Program-made: the position numbers and the translations under genes | Part shown: positions 63,195 through 64,000 of the stretch, piece after piece | How the letters are laid out: every line of letters starts with the position of its first letter | Numbering within the stretch: position 1 is the first letter of the stretch | The notes under the pieces: generated by a model | The model's database searches: none | What the model was told of the DNA's origin: nothing | Seen by the model: the letters and a program-made list of their open reading frames with translations, nothing else | NCBI GenBank assembly: GCA_021796235.1 | Contig: JAJYOJ010000002.1 | Coordinates: forward strand, 34,660-98,659 | DNA: 64,000 nucleotides | Reading direction: 5' to 3' | DNA from: a bacterium | GTDB taxonomy: Bacteria > Patescibacteriota > Microgenomatia > UBA1406 > GWC2-37-13

Positions 63195-64000
63195 CTAAAT
63201 TATTCGCAGTTCCCGGTTATGAAGAATGAATTTGGTTCTGATAACAACCATGATTTGCTGTCGCTCCTCCGGAGTTCCGGCTTTGAGAATATGGAGAAGG
63301 TATGATTTTGCCATTTCTGGCGATAAGGTACCAGAAGCTACTGATACCTCCGCCTCTTCTTGCAGATTGCCGGTTATATATTCCTGATGAAGCACTTGCG
63401 TTCTTAATGTATGGAACCGCTCAATCTCTGATTTGATGGATTTAGATAGCAATCGTTCGTCGATTTTAATCTGGTCAATATGGGAAATCAACTGTTTAAT
63501 CAAGTCTGCTTCGGTGATGTACGGTTCTTCACAATCATAATCAATGGCTCGGGCACAGTGGTAATAGATATGTTTTGAGTACCCGTTATATTTAAGTTTC
63601 TTAAACTTTTCCTCAGCGGTTACACTTCCTCCGCATGATCCACATTTGCAGACGGATTTAAAAGGAAAGATGTTTTTGTGCCATTCCCTGGGAGGAACTA
63701 TTAGTTGATTTTGAACTTTATTAAATATTTCTTTTGTTGTTAATGGTTGATGTTTGCCGGTATATTTCATTCCATTAAAGGTAAAGACACCGTAGTAAAA
63801 AGGGTTCTTAAGGGTAGCATAAATACGACTTAATGATAGTTTCTTTCCATTTTTAGTAGTAAAGCCTATGGTATCAAGCCATTTCTTGATGGTTCTTCCC
63901 GAATGACCACGGTTAGCTACCCTGTGAAACATTTGGGTTACAACTGGTCCTCTCTCTTTATCTATGTCAATCCATTCAATACGATTATTCTCCATAATGT
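63195..64000 (-). CDS. Large serine recombinase; recombinase and zinc-ribbon domains only, with the catalytic N-terminal domain beyond the window edge
   Basis: ...SLSRIYATLKNPFYYGVF...GKHQPL... is the recombinase domain. CKCGSCGG...YYHCARA is the zinc ribbon, followed by a coiled-coil tail. The frame stays open to position 64000. Confidence 0.75.
   Translation of the reverse strand, partial: IMENNRIEWIDIDKERGPVVTQMFHRVANRGHSGRTIKKWLDTIGFTTKNGKKLSLSRIYATLKNPFYYGVFTFNGMKYTGKHQPLTTKEIFNKVQNQLIVPPREWHKNIFPFKSVCKCGSCGGSVTAEEKFKKLKYNGYSKHIYYHCARAIDYDCEEPYITEADLIKQLISHIDQIKIDERLLSKSIKSEIERFHTLRTQVLHQEYITGNLQEEAEVSVASGTLSPEMAKSYLLHILKAGTPEERQQIMVVIRTKFILHNRELRII

Larger units (their letters stand above)
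62787..64000. mobile_element. Probable edge of an integrated element next to tRNA-Ser
   Basis: The recombinase gene lies about 400 bp from the tRNA 3' end, and the intervening DNA is non-coding and hairpin-rich. The other boundary is outside the window. Confidence 0.4.

Overview
This is a gene-dense, low-GC (roughly mid-30s % by eye) bacterial chromosome segment. It reads cleanly with the standard genetic code. The gene content suggests a reduced-genome Patescibacteria/CPR-like organism (inference): small housekeeping genes with lineage-specific insertions, many glycosyltransferases and surface or membrane proteins, nucleotide-salvage modules, an orphan coupling-protein-like ATPase, and DUF11/DUF1573/DUF2207-type proteins.

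Layout:
- 1-5.5 kb: secreted and surface proteins, including a Cys-rich 599-aa protein, an LPRTG-anchored cohesin-like protein and an FN3 protein.
- 5.5-9.8 kb: housekeeping genes (M50 protease, L28, Def, DsbB-like, GT2, short CysRS).
- 9.8-16 kb: a minus-strand operon of GT2, a 944-aa GT-C-like membrane protein and a 720-aa P-loop ATPase.
- 16.0-17.6 kb: a strongly GC-rich foreign island (zinc-ribbon protein plus Pro-rich membrane protein, GGAGG ribosome-binding sites), followed by about 0.8 kb of structured non-coding DNA.
- 18.3-21.8 kb: DUF11 surface protein, TrmH, tRNA-Thr, MBL hydrolase, DnaB.
- 22.1-28.4 kb: copper cluster csoR-DUF1573-ccdA-unknown-CPH P-type ATPase, then DUF2207.
- 29.6-34 kb: purB-purA-IMPDH-like-hpt, then tRNA-Leu.
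- 34.2-37.7 kb: a pyr operon with a promoter-hairpin-terminator leader, followed by TldD/PmbA.
- 40-54 kb: envelope, glycosylation and miscellaneous genes.
- 54.2-55.26 kb: a 1-kb non-coding repeat-rich region.
- 55.3-62.6 kb: acyltransferase, FemAB, DegT, transglutaminase-like, DsbA, ABC-2 transporter.
- 62.7-64 kb: tRNA-Ser followed by a partial large serine recombinase, the likely edge of an integrated element.

The most unusual signals are:
- Two families of short GC-rich, hairpin-forming repeats inserted in frame into conserved genes (def, GT2, FemAB).
- The GC-rich island.
- A degenerate array of 24-bp palindromes in the 1-kb non-coding region.

All of this was done by eye. No database search or folding program was run.
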